NCBI RefSeq assembly: GCF_031769215.1
Contig: NW_026782573.1
Location: 124,001 to 188,000 of the forward strand
DNA from: Ylistrum balloti
Lineage: Eukaryota
Reading direction: 5' to 3'
Length of the DNA stretch: 64,000 nt
Made by a program: the position numbers and the translations under genes
Notes under the pieces: generated by a model
Seen by the model: only the letters and a program-made list of their open reading frames with translations
What the model was told of the DNA's origin: nothing
The model's database searches: none
Part shown: positions 37,513-50,171 of the stretch, one piece after another
How positions within the stretch are numbered: position 1 is the first letter of the stretch
Layout of the letters: each line of letters starts with the position of its first letter

Positions 37513-40276
37513 TTATATTTGATACATTATTCAGGGTTTTGGAAAAAAAAATACTACACATACATTTTCTGTGATGAAAAATTTGTCCTGTTAAGTTTTT
37601 TTCACCGTGGCGATAAATAATATACATGTACCTTTGTATGCCTTTTCTGCTCGATCCAAGAATAACCTTTTCTGGTGATGACACAGCAATATTTCCTTGT
37701 TTACTGGGTTTATCGTCCAGTAAATAGTCGGGACTATTTTGAGGGAGTAAGTTGCAGGTGTCTACCTCAATGAACAACATACCTGAGGCCCGTCTACTTC
37801 CATCCAGTATAATCAGTCAAATCAGCACAGACCGATCCATTTCGGAGATTCATGAAAACACAAACCGCAACGGGTAGTAGGAACCGTCGAACTATGTATC
37901 TTTACTTGAACATACAAATGTACAACACACTACAGACGTAGCTATCACAGCCCCCTTTACGGAGCAGTTCAACAATCTGACACAAACGATTCCACACAAA
38001 TGATTATAAGACAATATCATTTATTCACACGTGTTCTAAATAAATATTTAAATATATAAAGACATTAAAAGAAAAATATTAATGATGTTTTGATATGTTT
38101 ACCATGCATTGTATAAAAATCAATTTAGAATTGTATCGTTCAATATTCTTTATGAACAAACCATCTTAAAGTATTGGCGAAATCAGCGTTTTTCCTGACA
38201 ATTGCAAAAAAGAAAAGAAAAAAAAAAAATGAAATAAAAACAAAAAAACAACAACGCGGGAATGCCTTCTTAGATGGTTGTACAAATATTGGTTTGTGTA
38301 AATAACCATTGTTGCCAATTGGAGCCGAATAAAGACGGAGATTCACACATTGATCGTGACCTTCTAACTTCTTTCGAGGCAGTGATACATATTCTCCATA
38401 AATGGTAGCATCCTGACCACATCTTAATTATCGACACAAGTGAACGGTTAAACTATTTGTTGAATTGATTGATTTAGAAATTTGAACAAACGTTGCACTT
38501 CGTCATGCATATGCCGGATGTTCCTATATGTGTTTATCAAATTTATCAACGGCTTTCTAAAGACGAAAACTGGCCATAGCAGAATTAAGGTACACGTTTT
38601 CTTATCATATATTTAAAATTTCACTAAGAGGGATATCTTTTCCGATTTCAGATTCGTACGTTTACTAAATTGTCCATGGTAAATGTACATGAACAACAAT
38701 CTAACATTAGTGTCACGTAAGATCCCATCACTAAATGGTATATTTACTTTCGTCAATTCTTTCGAAAATGCAGCGAATTTTCTATCAGAATGCAAGACGA
38801 CCTAAACCTGAAATATTCTATTGCTGTTTGGCAAAGGATTCTGACAAAGAGGTCGTTGGAGAAAACATATATACATGTACGAATTATCTCTCTTCAAACA
38901 TTTTTGTTTTCGATAACGTAGGAGCGAGTTTAGTATGCTGTATTACGGCTGTCAGGACCTACATTAAAATGTAGATGGCCTCACAGGAGTTTGGGATGAA
39001 TTGAATATCGGCGCTCTCATGCTATATACTATTCATAATTAAAAAAACTCAATAAATTTGAAGTGTGTTAGAACCATCTTCGATACTCCGGGGGGTTACG
39101 ATTATTTTCACTCCCTGCATCCTTGGAGCATTTCGTTGCAAAACGGAAGGCACAAGCGAACAAATTTGATTGGTCTAGAACTGGTTTCAGGAGAAAAAAG
39201 TGCCCAATCACACACTGATAGCTCCTTTACAAAGGAACGACACCCGTCTTCAAAGCTAGTAGTCCATACCGTTATGACCTCGAGATTCGTCTAATATACA
39301 TCAAAGTTCTCAAACTAGTCTTTTCGTCTTATCCAAAAGGTGTCGCACATAGAGCATTCAGTTTTGCCGTGACATGTTCCAGGGGTGCAGAGAGCGAAAG
39401 TGATCGAAACATCTGGAGTATTGAGGATTGATTAGAATGCACCAAACAAATTACACCCACATGTATGTCTTGGCCAGGAGACAGAACCAAAAAACTTTCT
39501 TCACAGGGGCGAACGCCCAGCTAAAGATAAAATGAGACATATCAAGGCAGACATGAGGGAAAGTTGTTGTTTGGAAATAAGAATAGTTCAGATCCCAAAT
39601 TAAGTCATCTTTTCATAATCATACAATCTGTACAACAGGCACAATTCGTAAGTCCTAACTGAAGGCAATAAGGTACAAAGTTTTGTCATTCATACAACAC
39701 AACCAATATCAAATATCAATGACAGCTTAAGTGAGATAAAAAGGACAATCGATCGTAATGAAGATTAGAAGACACTAAATGAAAGTAAACACTTCGATGA
39801 CATAGCAATGCGTACCATGTACACAAATGTATTTTGTATACTATTTGTTGCGACTTTGATTCAAAGTTCTTGCCAATGTCGTTATGTTGTTTTTCACACT
39901 TAAATGTTAATATTGATGACTATTCGGACAATATGTAGACTTGGAAAACTACAGAAAACACCAAAATGTCTATACAATGTAAATTCAAACACAAATTCGA
40001 TGAATATAGACTAAAACGATTGATAAAAAACGGCAAACACGGAGAGCATTAAAAGTTCAAGGAAAACAGCACATGGTGTTCCGAAAGAGAATGCGTCTTC
40101 TGATTAACTGATTTCACCTAATATGTAAATTTTAGACCTTCCATGTAAGTAATGTCTCGTTCTCAAATGAGAACAAGGTATACAACAACGGAATCAACAG
40201 ACACACAAGTACGTGTACTAACACGCATCGGTTACGCTTAACTTCACATCGATTAAGGAAATGGAATGAAATTGTT

Positions 40277-40393
40277 TTGACGACTGCAAAGCTTTCCCTT
40301 TATTTTCATTAATATGCATCTCTCAAAGCCCTGTGTTGTAAGTTTATCTGTCAATTTTCGACATTTTGCGCGCAAATCCTGATATTGGGAACA
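40277..40393 (-). mobile_element. Penelope-like retroelement fragment (region C-terminal to RT)
   Basis: CSQYQDLRAKCRKLTDKLTTQGF resembles the ACSxYxDFxxRxxxLTxKLxxQGF motif of invertebrate Penelope-like elements. Confidence 0.5.
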
Positions 40394-40695
40394 AAATACA
40401 ATTACGTGAATAATTCGAAAACAGTTGTTCTTTACATATTGAATAAAAGTATACATGTATAAATAGTATATCTGTTATCTTGACAGTGCATAAAAACAAT
40501 TTTCATTGAGTGTAAAACTACAGTCTCTAAAACAATAAGGTATAGCACGTCACAAGTTTTAAATAAGAATGTATTCCTATATATTTGTTAAACGATAGTA
40601 GATATAGAAGATCCTTCCACGTAGAAAATTTTTTAATGGTAGCTGTTGGTCCCTTTGTGGATAAGGATCAAATCGAACGTTACACAGTTAGCGGT

Positions 40696-42054
40696 TCACA
40701 GATCAGAACTGGTATACAGGTAGATCATGGTGTCGATAGTGGTTACAGCAAAACGACATGTTTGAAGACAAATGAATAAAACCAGACAGTATTTATCAAA
40801 AACTTTCCCTACATCACTCCACGAACACTGTTTACAATTATCATAATTCTCAGTAATGTCGTTATGGCGATTTTCATCCCTGGTTGTTTCTTGAACAGTT
40901 GTGCGTCCTTTATGTCTTCCATCTTTTTCGTTTACTAATGTCTCTTCGTTTATTGCTTGAACTATGTTTTTTCTCCATTTTGGTGTTTTCGGCTGATTAC
41001 GGTTTTCCTCTGTCAGAGAATGTTGGTAAGAGTCCCGTTGATGTTTCAAACTTGTCAGAACAAATTTTTTGATCCAACATGGAATCGGTGTATCTTGGTG
41101 GTTGTGCAATTTAAGTCCAAAAATCGTGAATATCATTATCATTAGACTCAACATCAAATCCATGAGAAGGTAAATACAAACACGAGCTAAATGAGGTTCA
41201 GACGTACTGGGTAGTTTATCGGACACAGCTGTTAGGAACACTGCCATAGACAGCATAAGAGTCACACCATAACCGCTTCTCTCGCCCGGATCTGGAGACA
41301 GCAAAAACACAAGTGGATTCAGAATCCCAATGAAACTAATTGGTAGTAGAAAAACTAAGATTACAAAGAGAGGGCGCCTTTGAAATTCGATTGTCATGAC
41401 AACATAATCACCCAAGGGATTCTCTGCTGTCCGGATTTGGGTTGATAGAACATTCCACATTCCGTTTTCACTAAAGTCATATGTTGTAACAGTATGAGAT
41501 GGCAGAACGAAAGCAATATCACCTTTCTTGTATCCCCATGCTGCAACAATTATTTCACAAAACTGTTTATCAATTGGGTAGTATGCTGTATTCGCTGGAC
41601 AGGAAATAGCATACAAATCTGGTACAATCCATGAAGCAGTTCCGCTGTTATTATAATTTATCTGAATAAAATCATTTCCTATTTTTGCAACTTTATTGTA
41701 AGGTTTACCGATGAATAGTGGAGGAACCCACACTCTTGAAGCTTTCATGAGCACACTTGTGATATTTCCATGCTGCAACGGATCCCATGACATCCGGTCG
41801 TCCGTCCACGTCAAAAGAAAATATCCAGTTATTGATAGTTTTTCGGATTTATCATCAAAGTCATTGATTGAATATAAATTAAAAGCTATGTGAATACTGA
41901 TTGGCTCATCTTGGTTAAACCTAGGACCGAGATTTTCGTTGTAACCTTGAAACAGCTGGTCGTGTAACATCTGCAAATCCTGTCTGGAGGAACACTTCAC
42001 GTGCGGTATTACTATACACATCACCATGGAAATCAGTGTATGACGTGAAACCAT
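40696..42054 (-). CDS. Intronless Cys-loop ligand-gated ion channel subunit, nAChR-like non-alpha (copy 1), 452 aa
   Basis: Signal peptide; LHDQLFQGY helix; WTDDRMSW; Cys-loop CPANTAYYPIDKQFC (C-x13-C); QRRP then M1; M2 GERSGYGVTLMLSMAVFL; M3; intracellular loop; WSDVGKVFDK then M4. No vicinal loop-C cysteines. Confidence 0.95.
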   Translation of the reverse strand: MVSRHTLISMVMCIVIPHVKCSSRQDLQMLHDQLFQGYNENLGPRFNQDEPISIHIAFNLYSINDFDDKSEKLSITGYFLLTWTDDRMSWDPLQHGNITSVLMKASRVWVPPLFIGKPYNKVAKIGNDFIQINYNNSGTASWIVPDLYAISCPANTAYYPIDKQFCEIIVAAWGYKKGDIAFVLPSHTVTTYDFSENGMWNVLSTQIRTAENPLGDYVVMTIEFQRRPLFVILVFLLPISFIGILNPLVFLLSPDPGERSGYGVTLMLSMAVFLTAVSDKLPSTSEPHLARVCIYLLMDLMLSLMIMIFTIFGLKLHNHQDTPIPCWIKKFVLTSLKHQRDSYQHSLTEENRNQPKTPKWRKNIVQAINEETLVNEKDGRHKGRTTVQETTRDENRHNDITENYDNCKQCSWSDVGKVFDKYCLVLFICLQTCRFAVTTIDTMIYLYTSSDL

Positions 42055-43204
42055 GTTACCAACCAGTCTTCAAACACCTTACAATAAAACTTCTACAAGC
42101 AACCCTTACTGCCTTTCCCCGCGAAACGAAACAAAGTACTTTTGTTGATATGATAACTTAAGTACCAGAGTGGTATTAGTATATTGTATCCTGTCCAATC
42201 ACAAAACAACGCACACTGATTCACTCATGTCAAATTTTCATTAATATGATTATGAAAAGTGATCACATGCAGGCATCCCTTTGTAAATACACACCGACGC
42301 AAGGCAGTTTACCTGGAGATTTAATCATACACCAGTCAACAAATAAGGCTTTTTTGACGTCACGCAAACGTATACAATGTTGTAAAAAATAAACTGTAGC
42401 GCTGAACAAATACTATTTGTTGATGAGGTGACCGTCCCAACAGAGAATCAATATTAAATACCGAAATTGATGTGTTTTGATGTGATTAGAAACACGCACG
42501 AAAATTACTCTCGACAGATCAATGTATATTTTTCAAGTTTTTAGGAAATTGACGAAGAAGCACTGTACATATGCAGATCAAAGTGATACAGTTCTATATG
42601 TTGTTGTTTTATGTATTATTTGTATAACATGATGCTATATGTTTACAACTCTGCCAGTTATTTCAACTACGTAACAGAAACTGACATCATTAACTATTCA
42701 TCAGGTCGGACATATCATGACCTGTTAGTTTCTGGTTATTTTAATTTCGAGAAATGGTTGACAGATGTTTTTAAACGTCGACAACATAATGTTACGGAGC
42801 TGACAATAATCGATCTTCACGGACAATCTTTACTGACAATAATCGATCTTTACTGACGATGATCGATTTTCCACATTTAAGCTGATTTATGATTTATCCT
42901 GTTTTCTTAGCAGAGTTGACAACGTAGGTGTTTTTCCCCTCACTCCTCATATAAACAACTCCTTTGAGGTTTCATCCAGACCCTTCCATATTGTTGAATG
43001 TATTTCAATTGTTTTAAATCAGAGTGTAATCATTTGTGACTGTCGATGCAAACTTAATTTCATTTACCATACCTGAACAAATACTTATTACTTTGAAGAA
43101 ATAAAGACCATCATGGAAATTGTGCAAAAGTCATACAAGTGAATAACACCTTTTGATACAAATTTAGAATGAGATATAGTAAAGCCAATTGATAAAACTG
43201 CACC

Positions 43205-43515
43205 ATAAAATTGTTTCGTCCTTCTAGGGCTTGTTAGCGATACTACATCATACGGGTGTTTCGTCCTTCTAGGCCTCGTCAGTGATACTACATCATAAAA
43301 CGATTTCGTCCTTCTAGGCCTCGTCAGTGATGCTACATCATGCAGCTGTTTCGTCCTTCTAGGCCTCGTCAGTGATGCTATATCATAAAACTGTTTCGTC
43401 CTTCTAGGCCTCGTCATTGATGCTTCATCATACAGCTGTTTCGTCCTTCTAGGCTTCGTCATTGATGCTTTATCATACAGTTGTTTCGTCCTTCTAGAAC
43501 TCGTCACCGATGCTA
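43205..43515. repeat. 45-bp minisatellite, about 7 copies
   Basis: Unit tgtttcgtccttctaggcctcgtcagtgatgctacatcatacagc; period 45 (43213, 43258). Confidence 0.92.
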
Positions 43516-46500
43516 AGGGCATTATTGTAGATACATTATTAAAAGAGTAAAGAGAGATACCAATCGTGATTCTGGTGATATATATCTTCTTAAGTAAAAC
43601 ACATGGTATCAAGTCAAATTTGGTAAAACAATTACAACACCATTCCACCTTTAATTCAGTATCTTTACAAAGAAATAATTTGGAAGAATCATTCTTATTT
43701 TAACCATCCCCAATACTTCAAAAGCCGTGCTTGTGTAAACGTTTTTCGTCAGACTTTTAATGTTCCGTATAGGATTAAAATCGCTTTGAGATTACTTCTA
43801 TTTATTTTCTTGCTTTATTCGCCTTAGATTTTAATGCATTATTCGTATCGTTGTGTCATAGTATATCCTGTGGAATTGTACGAAGCGGCGACACACGTAG
43901 ATACAATGTGTATTTTTTGGGAAAAGTAGGAGTAACATTGAAGGTTTGCTGAATGGGTTTAGTTTGGTTTGATATTGTTGAACAGATATGTACATTTTAG
44001 GAGGCTTACCTGTGGAGAGTGTTGGTGTCGGGTGCGTGTGTTTGTGTGAGGCTGGGATATGTTGGTGTAAGACTTTGTCTATGAGTGCGGAACTGAAGCC
44101 GACTTAATTGTGCTACCTAATTGTTACTTGCAATCGACTCCTACATAAGTATGTACTCCAAAAGTGATGTAATATCACATCTATTGTGCGTTTCCATGAT
44201 CATCTGATTTACTCTCATCATGATGATAAGATAATGTTACGTACATCAATAGTATGATGGTTTGGGTCTAGATTTCTTATTGACAGATATGGTTATTCAA
44301 GAATGACCCCTCTATGTTCGAAAGCATACTTTGAGCACGTGCCTCTGTGGGATTCTTTAATATGTTCGTGTCAACCTCATTTTGATATTACGGAAATAAT
44401 GCCGATTTTATAGTGCTGTCAAACTGAAGTATACTGCTAAAGGTACCCAACAGGATTACCAATCCGTTCATATTGAAAACGGCCATAACTACCATTTATG
44501 AAGACTGGAATTTCTTGACAAGCGGATAGACCTCCAATCTTTCCTCACAGAGGCAGTAACGTAATATATATATTGTACTTATACGCGATGCTTGTTCACA
44601 AAATGGAAATGTACAGATCATTTCTGAAATCAACAGGTAAAATATTATGATAGCCGTGTGGGTGTTTTAATCTACTTTAAGATACTTATTCACGAAAGGT
44701 TCTGTTTTAGCTGTTATCAGAGATGTCATGAAGTCGGTTCCAAAATTAATCCTTTTTAGCCTATTTTTGATAGCCAGTCCAAAACCATTGAAAATGATAT
44801 CTGCAGTTTGAGAAGTATTATGCTACGTGACCTAAGTGATAAGGATAATAAAATCAATATGTGGATTTGATCTGAAAACCCTTGAACGTGCGAGAAAAGA
44901 AGATGCATGCTGTATCTCTCTACTAGACGTAAGATATGACTAATTTGTGAGTCTACACTTTTTGAGAGCCGAAGCATATGGTCTTGCATAGGAGCTAATG
45001 CTACTCCAGAATCCACGGTTCATTAGCATATCCATAAAAATACGTTGTTGCAACGGTCGTGTGTAGTTTGCACTAGCTGACATTTCAACTTACATCCGTT
45101 AAGTTGTGCTTTTTAAATAATAAGTGTGTCCTTATCGGAAACCTGGCTGATCATGATAAGAATAATGACTTATCTGCAGCGAGTTACAACTGCCACCACA
45201 CATAGTTGTACATTATTTGATAATTCACAAAGGCAAATAGGAACCATGTTGTGCGATGCACGGCAAAAAAGGTTGCGTCGGTGAAAAATTCCTAATAGTG
45301 TTAATGTTGATTCATTTTGAGATCACGTGATAGATCAGAATGAATGGTTATGTAAAGAGGCCCGTGAAAACCAGTTTTCACTGCAAGGTACGCGGAAGAA
45401 AATTATCTGATGATTTAATAACTGACTGGAGATGGCGTTTGTTATTTGATTTATTTATGTATTGCGTTATTAATACCCATTTGTTGTGGTATTTCAATGT
45501 ACGATCGTAGGAGGCGGCTTAAAGTGAGTCCTCTGAAGAATAACATTTTTCTCTTATCTTTTACCAGGAAGACATCGAAGAGACCAAAATAGATCTGCTG
45601 CCTCATTACAATGCTTGGGTTATTGACTTTTCTTTTCTTTATATGTTTTTCCCCCACTCTTGGTGTCCCTCCTTATACCCGTCCTCGTATGACCTTGTGT
45701 GTTGCATGGACATTGCATCCATAAAATGAAATTAATTACTGAATCCGAATAAGCCGACACAAGACTGGCAGCATGAAAATTCTGAATATTTGCAGGTCCG
45801 TAACTAATGCAAAAATATAAGATGCAATATGCTTGCAATTTTCAAAAATGACCTACGACTTTCAAGCAGCCGAAGGAGCATGTTGTAACGCATATATATG
45901 TAAATCTAGGAGACAATTGTAATTCTATGTACTTTATTTCGCACACACAACATGATGAGATTATCAAATGTGGAATGTACATTAAGCAATTAAGACACCA
46001 TCTTCAAATTCTAAAATTTTGTACAGCAATTAACTATCTTAGGGTAACAGACATTTGCGAATACATAAATGACGTTTACACGTTATCTTTTCCTCATTGA
46101 TGGATCCGTGATAGATTGGTCATAACAAAATATATTTCCAGGAGTTAAGTTAGATAAGTTGTTAAAGATTAATTACATTTTGCATAACGATCATTAAGAA
46201 CGTGTTGATATGGATTGTATTTACAGTATGTAGATATATCATAGATCAAATGACAATACTATGACGCCATATTGGCCTACATCAACGTTTTGCACGTCGC
46301 TTCAGATACCACCATTGTAACTTTACATCTATGTCCAATAAAATGTATAACAAATATATTTGAAATGTCTACAAATCTATCGAACGGTTGTCATGTTGTA
46401 TTTATTTGTCAATCTGAATGCAACATGGGGCAAATTAATAATCATCACGTTAAAACGCCATTCCATTTATCTGTCACTCAGATTGCATTCACGTGGTGAT

Positions 46501-46825
46501 CTCTACTGCATTTCAATTATCTTGTGTGCACTTTTGCACAATACATTCGTTTTACTCTTAATGGAAAACGTTTCTCGTTAATTCTAATTTCTTGATCGTT
46601 TTAATTTTGAATTGGAAATCACCTATAAAGATCAATAAAAATATCCATAGAAATACTACAAATGCTTTAGAATTAAGCGTCTTTTCAGGATCATACCCAA
46701 GAAACAGACAACTGCTTGATGAAGATTATAACTCACTATCCCCAGTAAAATCAAGTCAATGTATACATCTTTTAAAATGGTTCAAATTATTTTCTTTTTC
46801 ATATTTATTGCCTCCGTCATTTGAT

Positions 46826-48157
46826 TTATTCATATAAAACAAAATCGATCACATTAACAGTCAAACGGCATAACTGAAGAAAAGTAAACACAAACAAACA
46901 TAATTTATCGAACATCTTTGCAACATCAACCCAGGAAAAAGGTTTATTTATATCACTGGTGCTAGTGTCATCGATGCTGTTTCGGAAGTTTTTTTCATCC
47001 TTTTTTGTTTCAAAATCAACTGTTAGTCCTTCAACTTTGTCGTCTACCAAATGTTCTTTTTTCGCTGTAACTGTGACTTGTCTCCATTTCGATGTTTTAG
47101 GCTGATTACGGTTTTCGGAGTTCAAACAATGTGTTTTAGTATCCTTCTGTCCTTTGGAGTACATCCGTACCAATCGCTTAATCCATTCAGGGATTGGGGT
47201 ATCTTCTTGTTTGTGCAATTTAAGTCCCAAAATTGTAAATATCATAATATTTCCACTTAATATCAAATCGACAAGAATATATAAACAGACACGAGCTAAA
47301 TGAGGCTCGGACGTACTGGGTAGCTTATTGGACACAGTCGACAGGAACACTGCCATTGACAGCATAAGAGTCACACCATAACAACTTCTCTCGCCCGGAT
47401 CTGGAGACAGCAAGAAAATGAGTGGGTTCAAGATTCCAATAATATTAACTGGTAGGAGATAAATTAAAAGTACAAATAAAGGTCGCCTTTGAAATCGTAT
47501 ATTCATTTCAATGTAATCACCAAAGGGGTTGTTTATCACACGAATTTCGGTTGACAGAACATCCCATATTCCATTTGCAAAATAATTTGGTGTTATTGCA
47601 TGCCTGTTTGGCAGAATATATTCATAATTATCCGTCTCGAAACGTAAGGGGGTAACATATATTCCACAAAGTTGTTTGTCAAACGGATAGTAAGCTATAT
47701 CTGCCGAGCAAGAAACATGAAACAAGTCCGATACAGCCCAAGTAGCGTCACCATTGTTATCATATCTCACCTTAATGAGGTCATTTCTTAAGGGTTTGAA
47801 ATCATTATAGGGTTTTCCAATGAACAAAGATGGAATCCATGCCTTCGGCGGATATACATTTACACTGGTGATGTTTCCATGTTGCGAAGGGTCCCAGGAC
47901 ATTCTGTCATCATTCCATTTTAAATTGAATGTTCCTAAGATTGAGAATTTTCCAGTTTTATCGTCAAATTCACTAACTGTATAAAAATCGAATATTATTT
48001 GTATAGAGATTTTCTCAGTTTGATTGTTTTTCGGACCAAGGTCTTTGTTGTAATCTTGAAATAACTGATCCAGTAGAATTTGTGCATCTTGTCTCAACAA
48101 ACATTCCACTTGAGGTATCAAAAGAATTGTAGAAACAGCAAAAAGTTGTAAAAGCAT
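46826..48157 (-). CDS. Intronless nAChR-like Cys-loop subunit (copy 2), 443 aa
   Basis: Same architecture; Cys-loop CSADIAYYPFDKQLC; M2 GERSCYGVTLMLSMAVFL. Confidence 0.95.
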   Translation of the reverse strand: MLLQLFAVSTILLIPQVECLLRQDAQILLDQLFQDYNKDLGPKNNQTEKISIQIIFDFYTVSEFDDKTGKFSILGTFNLKWNDDRMSWDPSQHGNITSVNVYPPKAWIPSLFIGKPYNDFKPLRNDLIKVRYDNNGDATWAVSDLFHVSCSADIAYYPFDKQLCGIYVTPLRFETDNYEYILPNRHAITPNYFANGIWDVLSTEIRVINNPFGDYIEMNIRFQRRPLFVLLIYLLPVNIIGILNPLIFLLSPDPGERSCYGVTLMLSMAVFLSTVSNKLPSTSEPHLARVCLYILVDLILSGNIMIFTILGLKLHKQEDTPIPEWIKRLVRMYSKGQKDTKTHCLNSENRNQPKTSKWRQVTVTAKKEHLVDDKVEGLTVDFETKKDEKNFRNSIDDTSTSDINKPFSWVDVAKMFDKLCLFVFTFLQLCRLTVNVIDFVLYE

Positions 48158-48827
48158 CGTTTTAACCGACTAGCCAATATATAACATTACACAGCAATAC
48201 ATGAGTTGCTTCTCTCACTGTTGGCTTTCATATGAACCGAATGCTAGCGACAAGGAGACATTAAACAAATTTATTGATCTTTTTATATCCAATCAGTGAT
48301 CAAGACTTCTAATTTATGAATACTATATTTTCTACTGTGGTACTGTTACACGTACATAGGCCTTGTAGCATCCATCCAATAATGAAATTTTAGAGTAACA
48401 CAAAAAGTATAAATAAGCTTGTAGCTACTCATTTTACGAATGAATAGTTGAATACCTGTTTCATCAATACTCTCAACTTCACAATTAAGACGGAAATTAT
48501 GTCAATCACGTATATGTACTTTACCTACCTACATGTATTAGCAGTTGCTTTAAGGTCAAAGCGAGTCATAATGATGTGAAATGTACCTGCCATTTAGTTA
48601 GGTGTGTTTAAAATGAAAGTAACAATATTTTCATCCAGCTGTACAGATTTTGTTCACACCGAAGAAACCTATTGATAACTATACATTATGTGGATGCAAG
48701 AATCAGAACTTGCTTTTATGTTGTTGAACAACATGTCTGTCAATACAACAAATTCCTTTGATGCTGTCTCTGATACTGTTTTATCAATGCACACAGATAA
48801 TGCAGTGTTCACTTCAGACAAGTATGT

Positions 48828-50171
48828 TTACATGTCAGAATATATATATACCGCAAAATCGATCACATTAACAGTCAAACGAATTAACTGAAGAGAAATA
48901 AACACGCACAGACAAAATTTGTCGAACAATTTTGCCACTTCATCCCAGGAACATTGTTTACGTTCTTCAATGACGGTAGAATCATCAATGCTTTTTCGGA
49001 CGTTCATGTCATTATTTTGTGTTTCATAATCCACTGTTTGTTCTCCATCTTTATCGTCTACCAAATGCTCGTTTATTGCTCTTACTTTTACCTGTCTCCA
49101 TTTTGGTGTTTTTAACCGATGCTGATTTTCAGAGTTCAGGGAACGTATGTTAGTAACCGTTTGCCGTTTCGAACACATCCTTACGAATCGTTTAATCCAT
49201 TCTGGGATCGGGGTGTCTTCTTGTTTGTGCAATTTAAGTCCCAAAATAGTAAATAGCATAATATTGCCACTTAATATCAAATCGACAAGAATATACAAAC
49301 AGACACGGGCTAAATGAGGCTCGGACGCACTAGGTAGTTTATCGGACATACTCGACAGGAACACTGCCATAGACAGCATAAGAGTCACACCATAACAACT
49401 TCTCTCGCCCGGATCTGGAGGCAAGAGGAAAATCAGTGGATTTAAAATTGCAATTATACTAATCGGCAGAAGTAAAATTAAAAATGCAAAAAGAGGACGC
49501 CTTTGAAATTTTACATTCATGGCAACATAATCAACCAAGGGATCGTTGATCACACGAATTTCAGTCGACAGAACATTCCATATTCCATTTTCAAAATAGT
49601 TCGGTGTAAGTGAACTTCTGTTTGGCAGAATAAATTCGTAATTATTCGTCTCAAGGCTTGAAGGTATAACATATACTCCACAAAGTTGTTTGTCAAACGG
49701 ATAATAAGCTATATCTGCCGAGCAAGACACACGGAACAAGTCCGATACAGCCCAAGAAGCGTCACCTTTGCTATCATATATCACCTTAACTAAGTCATTA
49801 CTTAAAGTTTCAGCATCATCATAGGGTTTTCCGATGAACAGAGACGGAGTCCATACTTTTAGAGGATACACTTTTACACTGGTGACATTTCCATGTTGCG
49901 AAGGGTCCCAGGACATTCTATCATCATTCCATTTTAAATTGAAAGCTCCTAAGATTGAGAATTTTCCAGTTTTATCGTCAAATTCATTGATTGTATATAA
50001 ATTAAAAGTTATATCAATAACGATTTTCTCAGTTTGATTGGATCTCGGACCAAGAATTTTGTTATAATCTTGAAACAGCTGATTATGTAATATCTGTACG
50101 TCTTGTCTCAACCAACATTCCACTTCAGGTATTGAAAAAAATATAGAAACAGCCATTAGAAGCAAAATCAT
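48828..50171 (-). CDS. Intronless nAChR-like Cys-loop subunit (copy 3), about 447 aa from the probable start at 50171
   Basis: The ORF track starts at 50339, but MILLLMAVSIFFSIPEVEC (ATG at 50171) aligns with the signal peptides of copies 1 and 2, and a shared upstream motif sits at a matching distance from this ATG. Cys-loop CSADIAYYPFDKQLC. Confidence 0.93.
   Translation of the reverse strand: MILLLMAVSIFFSIPEVECWLRQDVQILHNQLFQDYNKILGPRSNQTEKIVIDITFNLYTINEFDDKTGKFSILGAFNLKWNDDRMSWDPSQHGNVTSVKVYPLKVWTPSLFIGKPYDDAETLSNDLVKVIYDSKGDASWAVSDLFRVSCSADIAYYPFDKQLCGVYVIPSSLETNNYEFILPNRSSLTPNYFENGIWNVLSTEIRVINDPLVDYVAMNVKFQRRPLFAFLILLLPISIIAILNPLIFLLPPDPGERSCYGVTLMLSMAVFLSSMSDKLPSASEPHLARVCLYILVDLILSGNIMLFTILGLKLHKQEDTPIPEWIKRFVRMCSKRQTVTNIRSLNSENQHRLKTPKWRQVKVRAINEHLVDDKDGEQTVDYETQNNDMNVRKSIDDSTVIEERKQCSWDEVAKLFDKFCLCVFISLQLIRLTVNVIDFAVYIYSDM

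Noticed and set aside
38140-39560. Coding-like minus-strand stretches (e.g. DATIYGEYVSLPRKKLEGHDQCVNLRLYS...)
   Set aside because: Weak acceptors, competing open frames and no consistent exon chain or recognisable family; may be a decayed gene.
42880-43075. Stop- and frameshift-containing coding-like segment on the minus strand
   Set aside because: Too short and degenerate to assign.
43088-43648. 186-aa minus-strand ORF
   Set aside because: Its core is the 45-bp minisatellite (15-aa repeat); the flanks have no protein-like motifs.
45497-45730. Apparent two-exon mini-gene (MYDRRRRLK / EDIEETKIDLLPHY...)
   Set aside because: Requires a 44-nt intron, which is implausibly short here, and shows no homology.
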